This document shows, one piece after another, positions 46,616-55,801 of a DNA stretch of 64,000 nucleotides. Under the pieces are notes generated by a model that did no database searches, was not told the DNA's origin, and saw nothing but the letters and a program-made list of their open reading frames with translations. Each line of letters begins with the position of its first letter. Positions within the stretch are counted from its first letter, which is position 1. Both the position numbers and the translations under genes were made by a program. The DNA is from Patescibacteria group bacterium (lineage in GTDB: Bacteria > Patescibacteriota > UBA1384 > XYA2-FULL-43-10 > 1-14-0-10-43-13): positions 393,708 to 457,707 of the forward strand of contig JBAYHC010000001.1 in NCBI GenBank assembly GCA_041666325.1, read 5' to 3'.

Positions 46616-49600
46616 ATGGGCTCAAGGTTTAAGGGCTTGTTGTGGATAAGTTGGTTAACTGTCCTCGTTTTTGTGTTTACGACGATTGTTGGCGGCGACG
46701 CTTCGCCGGCAAAGTCATACGGTACAATCTCTGACTTAGCCGTCAGTACAAGTGATTCAACCAAGTCGGCAGCAGCAACTTATACCATATCTTTCACGGT
46801 TGAGACCGAGATACCCCGTTATGGCGGACGGATCAACGTTCAGATGCTTGACCCGTACGGCTACTCCTCATCTAACGGCACTTGGGTCAACAACGCGCAT
46901 AATTTCAACAGTGCCAATGTTGCCACAGGTACCTCCCCCTCCTCGATCTATTGGGGTTACAGCAACTACAATGGTGCAGTATTCTATACTAATGCTGCGA
47001 TTGCCGCCGGAACTACTATTACGCTAAAAATCGGCAATGTTATCAACCCTGCAATGGGCGGTTATTACTATGCCCATGTTTGGACCAGCTACTACGGCAC
47101 TGACCTTGATGGCACAAGCAACTGGGGCGGCGACTATAATAGCAGTTACGTTGAGATCGGATCAAACACCAACTTCACCGGCCGGATTACCGACAGTGAC
47201 GGCACGACTGGTGTGGCCAATGCAAATGTCTATATCAACCGATCAAGCGGCAGCAGCTATGCTTATTATTCAGCCAGAACAGACAAAGATGGGTATTATG
47301 GCATTGGAGACGTCGAAGCCGGAACATATTACTTCAATATGTCTGGACCGTACACTTATGGTACTGGCAGCAGCAAGATTTACTTCCCCCCCGACAATAC
47401 CAACATCACAGTTGAAGCCAGTGGTACAACAACCAAGAACGCCAGTTTTGTCGCCACACCCAAAACCCTTAGCGGCAAAATTACCAAAACATCAGAGAGT
47501 GGAACAGCCGTGACTAATGCCACAGTCTATATTTACAAGATGGGCGGAAGCGGCTGGGCCAACACAACAGTCGACTCAAGCGGTAACTATTCCTTTCAGT
47601 TGCCGGCCGGCACCTGGAGCATCGGAATATATGCCACAAACTGGCCCGCTGATTGGATTTATACCACTTACAATGAAACAGTCAGCTTTGCATCTGATAC
47701 ATCGGCAGAGAGCAAGACCAAGAACTTTGTCGTCGATGACGTGAACTCGACTGTAACAGGAACAGTCATAAAGTCAGATGGAACATCGCCAGGGTACTAT
47801 TCCGTAGGGATCAACTTCTCCGGCGAGAAAAACCGATACTTCTACGCATATACCGACGCCAGCGGAAACTTCACCGCCAAAGTAACGGCAGGCACATACA
47901 CTGTGACCGGCTGGACCTCCGATTCCAGCTTCTCCTTCCCTAAGGTTAGCAAATTCACCGTCGGAGAGAACGAAACAACAAGCATCGGCACCATTACCCT
48001 AACCGAAAAAACCGACTCAATATCAGGTATAGTCAAAGATGATAGCGGCTCAGGTGTGAGTGGTGCATCTATCAATGCGTGGAAAAGTGACGGTACATAT
48101 GATTATGGTTATGCCACAACAGCAAGTGACGGAACCTATTCAATCAAGGTGACGCCTGGTACATGGCAAGTGAGCGCCTGGCCACAGTGGAACTCCGGCT
48201 ACTATTACTCCGGCAAGCCAACATCGGTGGCAGTCACCTCCGGTGTGGCAGCAACGCAAAACTTTACCTTCCTTCGCTGCACGGCGACTATCAACGGCAA
48301 GATTACAGACGCATCAGGCAATGCCATCAATGCAATCTACTCTTGGGTCAATGCCAGTGACGGCTCACAGGAATGGGGCAACATTGGCACCTCCATCGAC
48401 CAGGGAACATTTACTTTGAAGGTTCCTGCCGGAACATGGACACTGGGCGTGTATCTGTACGGTAGCGACTATGGCAGCCCAGATCCGCTTCAGGTCACGG
48501 TAGCAGAGAATGAAGTAAAAGAAGTATCACTTCAGGCACTGGTTAATGACGCGACAATCACTGGTACAATCTATGATAATGATGGCAATGCTGTTACTGG
48601 GAAATGGATTAATGTTTGGGCAACCAAGGGTAAAAATAGCTCTTGGCAGAATGCTACGGTTGACCAAAGCACTGGTGTTTATTCCATAAAGCTCTCTGCT
48701 GGAACCTGGAGATTGGGCTGGTGGGTAGATCAATCACTCGGCTACAACTCTGGCAATGGCCAGGACGTCGAAGTTACCATTGCGTCAGGCGAAACCAAGA
48801 CCAACGATATCAACCTGAAGAAAAATGACTCAACGATATCTGGCACGGCCACCAAGACTGACGGCACATCCATGCAGTGGGCTTGGATTACTGCCGACAC
48901 CCGCGACCCCAATGAGAAGAAATCAGCTGATAGATATTATTGGTCAAATGGCGCCTCGTGCGATTCAAGCGGAAACTATACGATAAATGTCCCTGCTGGC
49001 ACGTATTGGGTCGGGGGTTCAATGTGGACTGGCTCCGGATACATTAACCCCAAACGCCAGAAGGTTGTGGTTGATGCCACTACTCCAGCCACGGTCAACC
49101 TGGTTTTCCGTACTGCTGACGCCACTATTAGTGGTACCGTTGCTAACGGAAGTGCCACAAGCTCGTTTGTAACCTCATGGAGTGAGGACGGCGGATATGC
49201 AGAAACTAATTCCAACAACGATGGTGCGTATACCCTTCAGGTTTCCAGCGGCACCAAATGGCACGTCAAGGCAGTCAAAAAAGATGGCCAGGATGTCTAT
49301 AAGTCAAGCGAATACATCGTTGACCTAACAGAAACAACCGCCGCAACACAGGATATTCACGTCGTAAAACAAGACTTTACCCTACCAGAAGCCCAGTCGA
49401 TCACATTCGACCCAACCAAGCAACAAACCCTAACCGTCGGTGACGACCTAACTGTCACAGTCCCGGCCAACTCGATGGCAACCTCCGGCTCTGTCACCAT
49501 CACAATCGAGCCAACAATAGAGCTTCCCGAGGAATCAGATGCGAAGGCCGCTGACTACGGCTATGATATGCAAGCCACCAACCAGGACGGAGAACAGATC

Positions 49601-50257
49601 AGCACCTTCAGCAGCAACGTTACCGTCGAGGATCACTTCACCACTTCCAGTGTTGAGGACAACAATCTTCTCAGCGCAGAGGATTACACTGCCGCTTATT
49701 ACAACGAGTCTAACGGAACATGGGAAGAGTTGAATTACACTGTCAATGAAGATGAGCAAACCGTAACATATCAGACAAACCACTTCACAAAGTTTGCCTT
49801 AGTCGCAGCTTCTGACACCACTCCACCAGCTGCACCATCCTCCATATCAGCTACGGCCGGCGATACTCGGGCAACGCTGTCGTGGACCAACCCTACTGAT
49901 GCCGACCTGACGGGTATCAAAGTTTACCGCTCCACCACTTCAGGAACGCTGGGCGATTGGATCACAACCATTACTGGCACTACAACGACGACATACGCAG
50001 ATACCAACTTAACTAACGAAACAACATACTACTATACCATCAAGGCGTATGATACCTCCGGTAATCTTTCCAGCAACACCGACCAAGTTTCAACCAAGCC
50101 TTCGGTCGCCACTCCAGTCAGCACAGCAGTAGCGGCAACGCTACCAAAGACCGGCATGGACAGCAACCGCACCTATGACTTTTCAGCAATCATTGCAGTC
50201 CTGTCCTTCGTTTTGGCGCCACGGCTTATACTAAGAACAAGACCAGCAGGCAAATGA
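46616..50257 (+). CDS. giant LPXTG-anchored surface protein with CarboxypepD_reg-like repeats and a C-terminal fibronectin-III domain
   Basis: GGAGGGG RBS. A signal peptide is followed by many 'TG.I.D..G..VA.A.VYI' carboxypeptidase-regulatory-like units. An Fn3-like 'ATLSWTNPTDADLTGIKVYRS' segment follows. The protein ends with 'LPKTG', a hydrophobic helix and an RTRPAGK tail. Confidence 0.8.
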   Translation: MGSRFKGLLWISWLTVLVFVFTTIVGGDASPAKSYGTISDLAVSTSDSTKSAAATYTISFTVETEIPRYGGRINVQMLDPYGYSSSNGTWVNNAHNFNSANVATGTSPSSIYWGYSNYNGAVFYTNAAIAAGTTITLKIGNVINPAMGGYYYAHVWTSYYGTDLDGTSNWGGDYNSSYVEIGSNTNFTGRITDSDGTTGVANANVYINRSSGSSYAYYSARTDKDGYYGIGDVEAGTYYFNMSGPYTYGTGSSKIYFPPDNTNITVEASGTTTKNASFVATPKTLSGKITKTSESGTAVTNATVYIYKMGGSGWANTTVDSSGNYSFQLPAGTWSIGIYATNWPADWIYTTYNETVSFASDTSAESKTKNFVVDDVNSTVTGTVIKSDGTSPGYYSVGINFSGEKNRYFYAYTDASGNFTAKVTAGTYTVTGWTSDSSFSFPKVSKFTVGENETTSIGTITLTEKTDSISGIVKDDSGSGVSGASINAWKSDGTYDYGYATTASDGTYSIKVTPGTWQVSAWPQWNSGYYYSGKPTSVAVTSGVAATQNFTFLRCTATINGKITDASGNAINAIYSWVNASDGSQEWGNIGTSIDQGTFTLKVPAGTWTLGVYLYGSDYGSPDPLQVTVAENEVKEVSLQALVNDATITGTIYDNDGNAVTGKWINVWATKGKNSSWQNATVDQSTGVYSIKLSAGTWRLGWWVDQSLGYNSGNGQDVEVTIASGETKTNDINLKKNDSTISGTATKTDGTSMQWAWITADTRDPNEKKSADRYYWSNGASCDSSGNYTINVPAGTYWVGGSMWTGSGYINPKRQKVVVDATTPATVNLVFRTADATISGTVANGSATSSFVTSWSEDGGYAETNSNNDGAYTLQVSSGTKWHVKAVKKDGQDVYKSSEYIVDLTETTAATQDIHVVKQDFTLPEAQSITFDPTKQQTLTVGDDLTVTVPANSMATSGSVTITIEPTIELPEESDAKAADYGYDMQATNQDGEQISTFSSNVTVEDHFTTSSVEDNNLLSAEDYTAAYYNESNGTWEELNYTVNEDEQTVTYQTNHFTKFALVAASDTTPPAAPSSISATAGDTRATLSWTNPTDADLTGIKVYRSTTSGTLGDWITTITGTTTTTYADTNLTNETTYYYTIKAYDTSGNLSSNTDQVSTKPSVATPVSTAVAATLPKTGMDSNRTYDFSAIIAVLSFVLAPRLILRTRPAGK

Positions 50258-50442
50258 TATGTTGACAAATTATCGCTCCTAATGTTAAGTTATCACCAAA
50301 TGAATAAAACGATCGACCAAACTATCATTTCCATTATTATGCAAAGACTTCACGGAGCCATAGCTTAATGATGAGATAATTAGGTCAATCACTAAACAGG
50401 GCTCCACCAAGGAGCTCTTTTTAGTTAAGAGGAGAAAGAGAG

Positions 50443-51189
50443 ATGAAGACGATCGGATTAATCGGCGGCATGAGCTGGCAATCAACTGTGGACTATTATC
50501 GAATCATCAATGATTACATACAGGAACAATTGGGGGAGCTCTACTCTGCTCCGATTCTTCTTTCGAGTATTAATTTCCATAGTCTGGAGAATCTGCAAAG
50601 AAATAATAGATGGGACGAAGCAGCAAAACTGATACTCAAAGAAGCGAAAAGACTCGAAAAAGCCGGGGCTAACTATCTATTTATTTGCTCTAATACCGGA
50701 AATGAAAGCGTGGAAAGAATAAGAAGCCTGATCGGTGTGCCGATTGTTCACATCGCTGATGTTGCGGGACAAGAAGCCAGAAGACTGGGCCTGAAGAAAC
50801 TTGGCCTTATCGGTACCATCTATACCATGGAGAAAAACTATATCAAAGGAATATTGGAGCAGAATTATGAGCTAGAAGTGATAGTACCAAACAAGAACGA
50901 TAGGAGCGTTATTAATAAAATCATTTACGAAGAGCTATGCTTTGGACAAATAAAACCTAAATCAAAAAAGGCCTACCTCGCAATAATTGATAAATTAAAG
51001 CAAGAAGGCGCAGAGGGAATTGTCCTGGGGTGTACCGAGATACCGCTCTTGATCAAACAGGCAGACCTGGACCTGCCGGTACTAGATACAACGCTGCTTC
51101 ACGCAACGTGTGCGGCCAAACTTACAATTGCCGGTTTCTCTAGCGCAAACAAGATGGTACCCTTGATGCACTTCATCTCGAACACCTGA
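50443..51189 (+). CDS. aspartate racemase (Asp/Glu/hydantoin racemase family)
   Basis: 'MKTIGLIGGMSWQSTVDYYRIIN' and '...IVLGCTEIPLLI' are present. AAGAGGAG RBS. Confidence 0.85.
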   Translation: MKTIGLIGGMSWQSTVDYYRIINDYIQEQLGELYSAPILLSSINFHSLENLQRNNRWDEAAKLILKEAKRLEKAGANYLFICSNTGNESVERIRSLIGVPIVHIADVAGQEARRLGLKKLGLIGTIYTMEKNYIKGILEQNYELEVIVPNKNDRSVINKIIYEELCFGQIKPKSKKAYLAIIDKLKQEGAEGIVLGCTEIPLLIKQADLDLPVLDTTLLHATCAAKLTIAGFSSANKMVPLMHFISNT

Positions 51190-51246
51190 TTAAGTGGCTG
51201 GATCAGATAGTAAAAATATTTAAATGACCCAAGTCAGAAATTTGTA

Positions 51247-51759
51247 TTAAAATGAGTGCCAAAATATTTGATCTTCCAATACACCGGAATACTTTATAAC
51301 TTTAAGCTGTTCTTCGGAAAAGGTTTTCTTCTCCCACAGGTTTTGTATACCTATTGCTTCAGCTGTCCACCCATATTTTATCCAGTAGTATTGTTTTTTG
51401 TTCTTGTCTATTAAAATCAATCTGCCGCTTAGATAGGCCTGGTTACTTTCATCGTAGTAGTGATCAACTATCTGGTATCTGGCATCCTTTAGCCTTGCTC
51501 TAATTTCTTGAGTAATTTTTCTCAGCTTAAAACTAACTATACTGCGAAAGATCATTTCAATGGTTATTGTTACCAATATCAACATTAAACCGATCGCCAG
51601 GACCGTTCCAACGGAAACAACTGGTAATAGGTCATTGGTATGTATCTCGCTTTTAGCTTCTGCGGAAACAACTAAAAATACCCCTAATGCGAAAAGGTTG
51701 CGTGACAAGTTGTGAGAAGGGTAAAGGAGAAACTTAGTAAGCAATGAAGATATGTCCAT
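51247..51759 (-). CDS. hypothetical membrane protein
   Basis: 170 aa with two central TM helices. Confidence 0.4.
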   Translation of the reverse strand: MDISSLLTKFLLYPSHNLSRNLFALGVFLVVSAEAKSEIHTNDLLPVVSVGTVLAIGLMLILVTITIEMIFRSIVSFKLRKITQEIRARLKDARYQIVDHYYDESNQAYLSGRLILIDKNKKQYYWIKYGWTAEAIGIQNLWEKKTFSEEQLKVIKYSGVLEDQIFWHSF

Positions 51760-51760
51760 T

Positions 51761-52363
51761 TCAGTAAATATCCTCTAACGATCTTGCCGCCTCCGAATTG
51801 TGTTCGCCACCGTTAATAATCTTTTCGTATAATTTAGTCGTGGCAGAACAGAGATCTTGATAAAAAATATCTACATCGACAACCATCCTTGGATATTCTG
51901 GGCCTGGTCGAGGATTAAAAGAGTTGTTGTTAACACTCGCAAAGTAGAGGTGACGAGCATCGGAATTTCGCAATTTTCTATTAGGATAAAACGAATTCTT
52001 GAAACCCAAAATATGGCTATGAAGCAATCCGCAACGGTAGCGATTATATATTTCATTTCTCAAATCATAATATCTAGCCGGGAAGAAGACTCTAATAAAT
52101 TCCGTGAAACATTGACTGGACACTCCAACATCATCCTTCTTTCCCAACCATACTCTTCCGAGGGTTTCAATAGCGACACACATCAGCTGGATTGATCCCA
52201 GATTTGACTCTCCTAACAAGATCCGCACACCAGAGACAGTTTTGCTTAGCGGCTGACCTGTGTCCCTAACCGTCCATCGCTTTGAGTTGGAATAAACATT
52301 CACCGCGATATCCCTAAAAAGCCAAGAGATTAATATATGTAATTTTTTATCGAGCTCATTCAC
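51761..52363 (-). CDS. hypothetical protein (contains an Rx4H 'RCGLLH' segment)
   Basis: 200-aa ORF adjacent to a tRNA gene. No confident family assignment. Confidence 0.4.
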   Translation of the reverse strand: MNELDKKLHILISWLFRDIAVNVYSNSKRWTVRDTGQPLSKTVSGVRILLGESNLGSIQLMCVAIETLGRVWLGKKDDVGVSSQCFTEFIRVFFPARYYDLRNEIYNRYRCGLLHSHILGFKNSFYPNRKLRNSDARHLYFASVNNNSFNPRPGPEYPRMVVDVDIFYQDLCSATTKLYEKIINGGEHNSEAARSLEDIY

Positions 52364-52481
52364 GACTCAACCTTCTTTCGGCAAACATTTCTCAAGGCCA
52401 CAGCAATAATACACATTTATTCGAACACCGACTAAGTCGCCCGGAGAGGTAAAATCAGCTTTCCGGAATTAGGTTTTTGTT

Positions 52482-52557
52482 TGGTACCCGCGAGAGGACT
52501 CGAACCTCTGACTTTCGGCTCCGGAAGCCGACGTTCTATCCACTGAACTACGCGGGC
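52482..52557 (-). tRNA. tRNA-Arg (anticodon CCG)
   Basis: The minus strand reads GCCCGCGUAGUUCAGUGGAUAGAACGUCGGCUUCCGGAGCCGAAAGUCAGAGGUUCGAGUCCUCUCGCGGGUACCA. It folds as a cloverleaf with a 7-bp acceptor stem (G1·U72), a D-arm, the anticodon loop UUCCGGA, a GGTTCGAGTCC T-arm and an encoded CCA. Confidence 0.85.
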
Positions 52558-52564
52558 AATCAAA

Positions 52565-53074
52565 TTATTCTTCACCATGAAAGAAAAGGGAAGTTTTTAA
52601 CACATCGATAATGATCTTCTCAATGAAGCTCTGATTCAGCTCGGCAATGTTAGCCATTCCATACTGCCCTACTACTCCACCTTGGCCAGGCATCATCGTT
52701 GACACCATAATGTTAATCTTCTCCGCAAAACGATCTGCCTGAAATGAAATATATGGAGTAGACTCTGGCTTTTTCATGCCCTCGCTAATCAATGCCGGAT
52801 AGATGTTAAGGGTAATATGCGCCGGATGATATGTTGCTGTTGCATCCATATACTCCTTCTCCTCTGTAACATGAAAATCATGGCCGTATTTTGTTAATTC
52901 GTTACCGGCATCTACGATGGTAGGCCAAATTATCTCATGTTTTAGACGTTCAAATTCACTCACAAACACCTCCTGGGATTTCTTCTGTTTTTGCTTCTCC
53001 TGCTTAATCCCCTCAAGATCATTTGTGTAACGATCCATGATTCTATCAAGCTCTTTGATATTATTGTCCAGCAT
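52565..53074 (-). CDS. hypothetical protein
   Basis: 169-aa ORF. Confidence 0.45.
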   Translation of the reverse strand: MLDNNIKELDRIMDRYTNDLEGIKQEKQKQKKSQEVFVSEFERLKHEIIWPTIVDAGNELTKYGHDFHVTEEKEYMDATATYHPAHITLNIYPALISEGMKKPESTPYISFQADRFAEKINIMVSTMMPGQGGVVGQYGMANIAELNQSFIEKIIIDVLKTSLFFHGEE

Positions 53075-53162
53075 ATGGCCCCTGTTCTAGTTTATTAACT
53101 AATACTATACTATATAGTAACGCTTTAATCTAAAAAGTAAACCACGATTTGGAGTAGACAAT

Positions 53163-54083
53163 ATGGGCCAAAGAATTCAACTTAACCGCAAAAACCAATT
53201 TTTAATCATTGACTCATCTGGCGGCATAGCACAATACTATCTGAATGAAAACGGAGAACAACAAGATATCATCTATGGCTATGCCAGTAACAAAGAAAAA
53301 GTCGGATCGATGGGAGACGTCCTTTTCCCTTGGCCCGGCCGAATCGAAAATTGTCAGTACGACTTTGCCGAAGAGCACTATAACTTAAGCGGAGTTCGAG
53401 TAAAAGACGGTCATGCAAACCACGGTTTTGCAAAATTTGTGCCATGGGAAATCGTCCAATCGGGAAGAGACTCGGCGCAGCTCAGGTTCAAAACCAGCAA
53501 AGAAGAGTACGCAGAGAAGGGCTATCCGTTTGCTCTGGAATTAACGCTATCATACGCACTGGACGACAGTGGCATGACCTGTATGGCCTCGGTAATAAAT
53601 ACCGGCGATAAAAGTGCGCCCTTTGGGCTTGGCTTCCATCCCTATTTCTCGCTTGGCGCTGAGTCGATTAGCAATTTGGCGCTACAAATCAACGCCAACA
53701 AAATGGTAGAGTTTGGCCCCGACCTAAAACCGACCGGCGAACTGCTTAATATCTCCGGCGAACTGGATTACACAAAAACAAAAAAGATCGGAAAGCAGGT
53801 TGTTGATAACTGTTATGCCGATCTTAATTTTGAGAACGGTATTGCCAAAACGACTCTTTCGAATGATAATGGCGAACAAGTCGTTGTATGGCAAGATGAA
53901 AGTTTCCCTTATCTTCAGCTCTACTCAGCCGACACTATTCCCGATCCTCACAAACGCAGAGGCCTGGCAATCGAACCTCAAACATGCACCGGCTTTGCCT
54001 TCAACATGCCCAAAATGGGTTTGCGAGTACTCAGACCTAGCGAGAAATTTACGGGCAGTTGGGGGGTAACCCCTATTTCGTAA
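53163..54083 (+). CDS. aldose 1-epimerase family protein
   Basis: '...GLGFHPYFSLG...' and the overall galactose-mutarotase-like pattern are present. Confidence 0.75.
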   Translation: MGQRIQLNRKNQFLIIDSSGGIAQYYLNENGEQQDIIYGYASNKEKVGSMGDVLFPWPGRIENCQYDFAEEHYNLSGVRVKDGHANHGFAKFVPWEIVQSGRDSAQLRFKTSKEEYAEKGYPFALELTLSYALDDSGMTCMASVINTGDKSAPFGLGFHPYFSLGAESISNLALQINANKMVEFGPDLKPTGELLNISGELDYTKTKKIGKQVVDNCYADLNFENGIAKTTLSNDNGEQVVVWQDESFPYLQLYSADTIPDPHKRRGLAIEPQTCTGFAFNMPKMGLRVLRPSEKFTGSWGVTPIS

Positions 54084-55224
54084 ACTGAAATGAAGAAACG
54101 ACCTTGTCGATTGTTCCACTATTATCGGAAATGTAGTCAAGCATGTATGTATTGTCACCGATAACGGTGTAGTACACAACATAGTCATAAAACCATCGGA
54201 CTGACTCATTCTTCGAGACAACAATTTTTGTCCAATTCTTGCCCGCGATCTGGCCATCGCCCGATTTTTTGCCCTCTATATAGTAAGCATTATTCTTTTC
54301 CATCGTACCATTTTTGTAGACATAAACTTCAAACGACTTACAATTTGGATTGCTGTCACCAGAGTAGCACTCACTGCTTCTAGTTGTGACCCGCAATTTG
54401 TCATTGATATCCCAAAGGGAAGGATCAGTTTTTTCTGATGTATCAACTTTCCAGCTGCTTGGATATTTGAAACTAAAATTATAAGTCGAGCTAGAGTAAT
54501 TTTTCCAACCAGCAGTTGAATCAATCTTGGCGACGATCGAATCAAACTTAATGGTAGACGCCAAAGCATCTAGCTGATCAACTGTTGTCTGGGTCAAGCC
54601 TTTGGCAGTACCCGACAGTTCGATCGTCTTTGAAAAATCGTTATCGGAGTATGCCGCCAAGTAGAGCGGATCAATACCTGACGTGCTTGCTTTTGGCTGA
54701 GCAAAAGTGCGGGAGAACGCTAAACCGGAAGCAGCTTTTATCTCCTTGTTAGAACCGGAATCCCAAGCCTCATACCCAACTTCTCTGGCAGGATTATAAA
54801 GATTGAAAATTGCTCCAGTGTTAGCCGTTATTGTAACCTGAGCTTTAATCGCACTATTTGCCTTATTTTCAGCAGACACTGCTGTCCAATTCTCAGGATA
54901 CTGGAAAGAGAACCCTTGGCCCTCATATGTTTTTAGACTAGCACCTAAAGTTGAGTTATTGTTCGTAGCAGGAGTATCATCATCGGCAATTGTACCAGTC
55001 GATTTTTCCACTGAAACCACGGGCTTATCCGATTCCGTTCCCTGGCCACTTAGGGCGGTCTTTTCGTTCTCTGGTTTAGCCTTCCTACCTTCGGCATAAT
55101 ACCAAACCCCACCGACCACGCTCATGATCAGTAAAACCATCAAGGCAACCAGTGGCCACTTCGGTTTTGTTTTAGCAAACTCCGGACTTATCTCTTCAGA
55201 ATTTATCTGAGTGCCATCATACAT
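54073..55224 (-). CDS. membrane-anchored secreted protein, hypothetical
   Basis: 383 aa with an N-terminal TM ('WPLVALMVLLIMSVVGGVWYY'). Confidence 0.5.
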   Translation of the reverse strand: MYDGTQINSEEISPEFAKTKPKWPLVALMVLLIMSVVGGVWYYAEGRKAKPENEKTALSGQGTESDKPVVSVEKSTGTIADDDTPATNNNSTLGASLKTYEGQGFSFQYPENWTAVSAENKANSAIKAQVTITANTGAIFNLYNPAREVGYEAWDSGSNKEIKAASGLAFSRTFAQPKASTSGIDPLYLAAYSDNDFSKTIELSGTAKGLTQTTVDQLDALASTIKFDSIVAKIDSTAGWKNYSSSTYNFSFKYPSSWKVDTSEKTDPSLWDINDKLRVTTRSSECYSGDSNPNCKSFEVYVYKNGTMEKNNAYYIEGKKSGDGQIAGKNWTKIVVSKNESVRWFYDYVVYYTVIGDNTYMLDYISDNSGTIDKVVSSFQFTK

Positions 55225-55245
55225 TTTTCCTCCTACTCACCAATA

Positions 55246-55677
55246 TTAAGACCGCTCCAGTTTGCGCATCTCTTCTGTCTCAGTAGGCCGATTGTTATCG
55301 TCCTGAAGGCGATAAGTGCTACCTGTCTCTGGCGTTGACGATTCAATGAACGTCATATCGGTCACAGCGGCGACGCGGTGAACTTGACCGGGGCGGACAA
55401 AATAACCCTTGTTCAACTCCATCGGCACCTCAACTGTCTTACCCTCCTGATTCATCAGAGTGATTATGCCCTCGCCCTCGATCAGGCAAAGGGTCTCAAC
55501 TTTTTGATCATGATACTGAAGGCTCAAGCGCTGTCCAGCCTTGACATACAAAATTTTGCCGACGGCCGATGCATCAGCTGGCGTATAGATAATCTCATGT
55601 CCCCACGGCTTGTCGACGCGTGTCTGGCAAGGCATCAACGAGTAATCGCTCTGATCAAATTCCTGTCCCATGGTCAA
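55246..55677 (-). CDS. cupin domain protein
   Basis: '...KPWGHEIIY...GQRLSLQYHDQKVETLCLIEGEG...GQVHRV' carries the cupin motifs G(x)5HxH...G...H. Confidence 0.65.
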   Translation of the reverse strand: MTMGQEFDQSDYSLMPCQTRVDKPWGHEIIYTPADASAVGKILYVKAGQRLSLQYHDQKVETLCLIEGEGIITLMNQEGKTVEVPMELNKGYFVRPGQVHRVAAVTDMTFIESSTPETGSTYRLQDDNNRPTETEEMRKLERS

Positions 55678-55686
55678 TCCTTAATT

Positions 55687-55790
55687 CGTAGTTAGTATTT
55701 CGTATTTAGTGGTTGGTATTTCGCAGTTCGCAACTCAATTCCACGCAACGTACTGGGTAGCAGCAGAATTAATCCCCCAAATACGAAATA
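55687..55790. repeat. 'GTATTTCGTATTT' inverted-repeat element (copy 2)
   Basis: 'gtagttagtatttcgtatttagtggttggtatttcg' is followed about 50 nt later by 'cccccaaatacgaaatac' in inverted orientation. It lies between lysS and the cupin gene. Confidence 0.45.
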
Positions 55791-55801
55791 CGGTCTACGA
55801 T

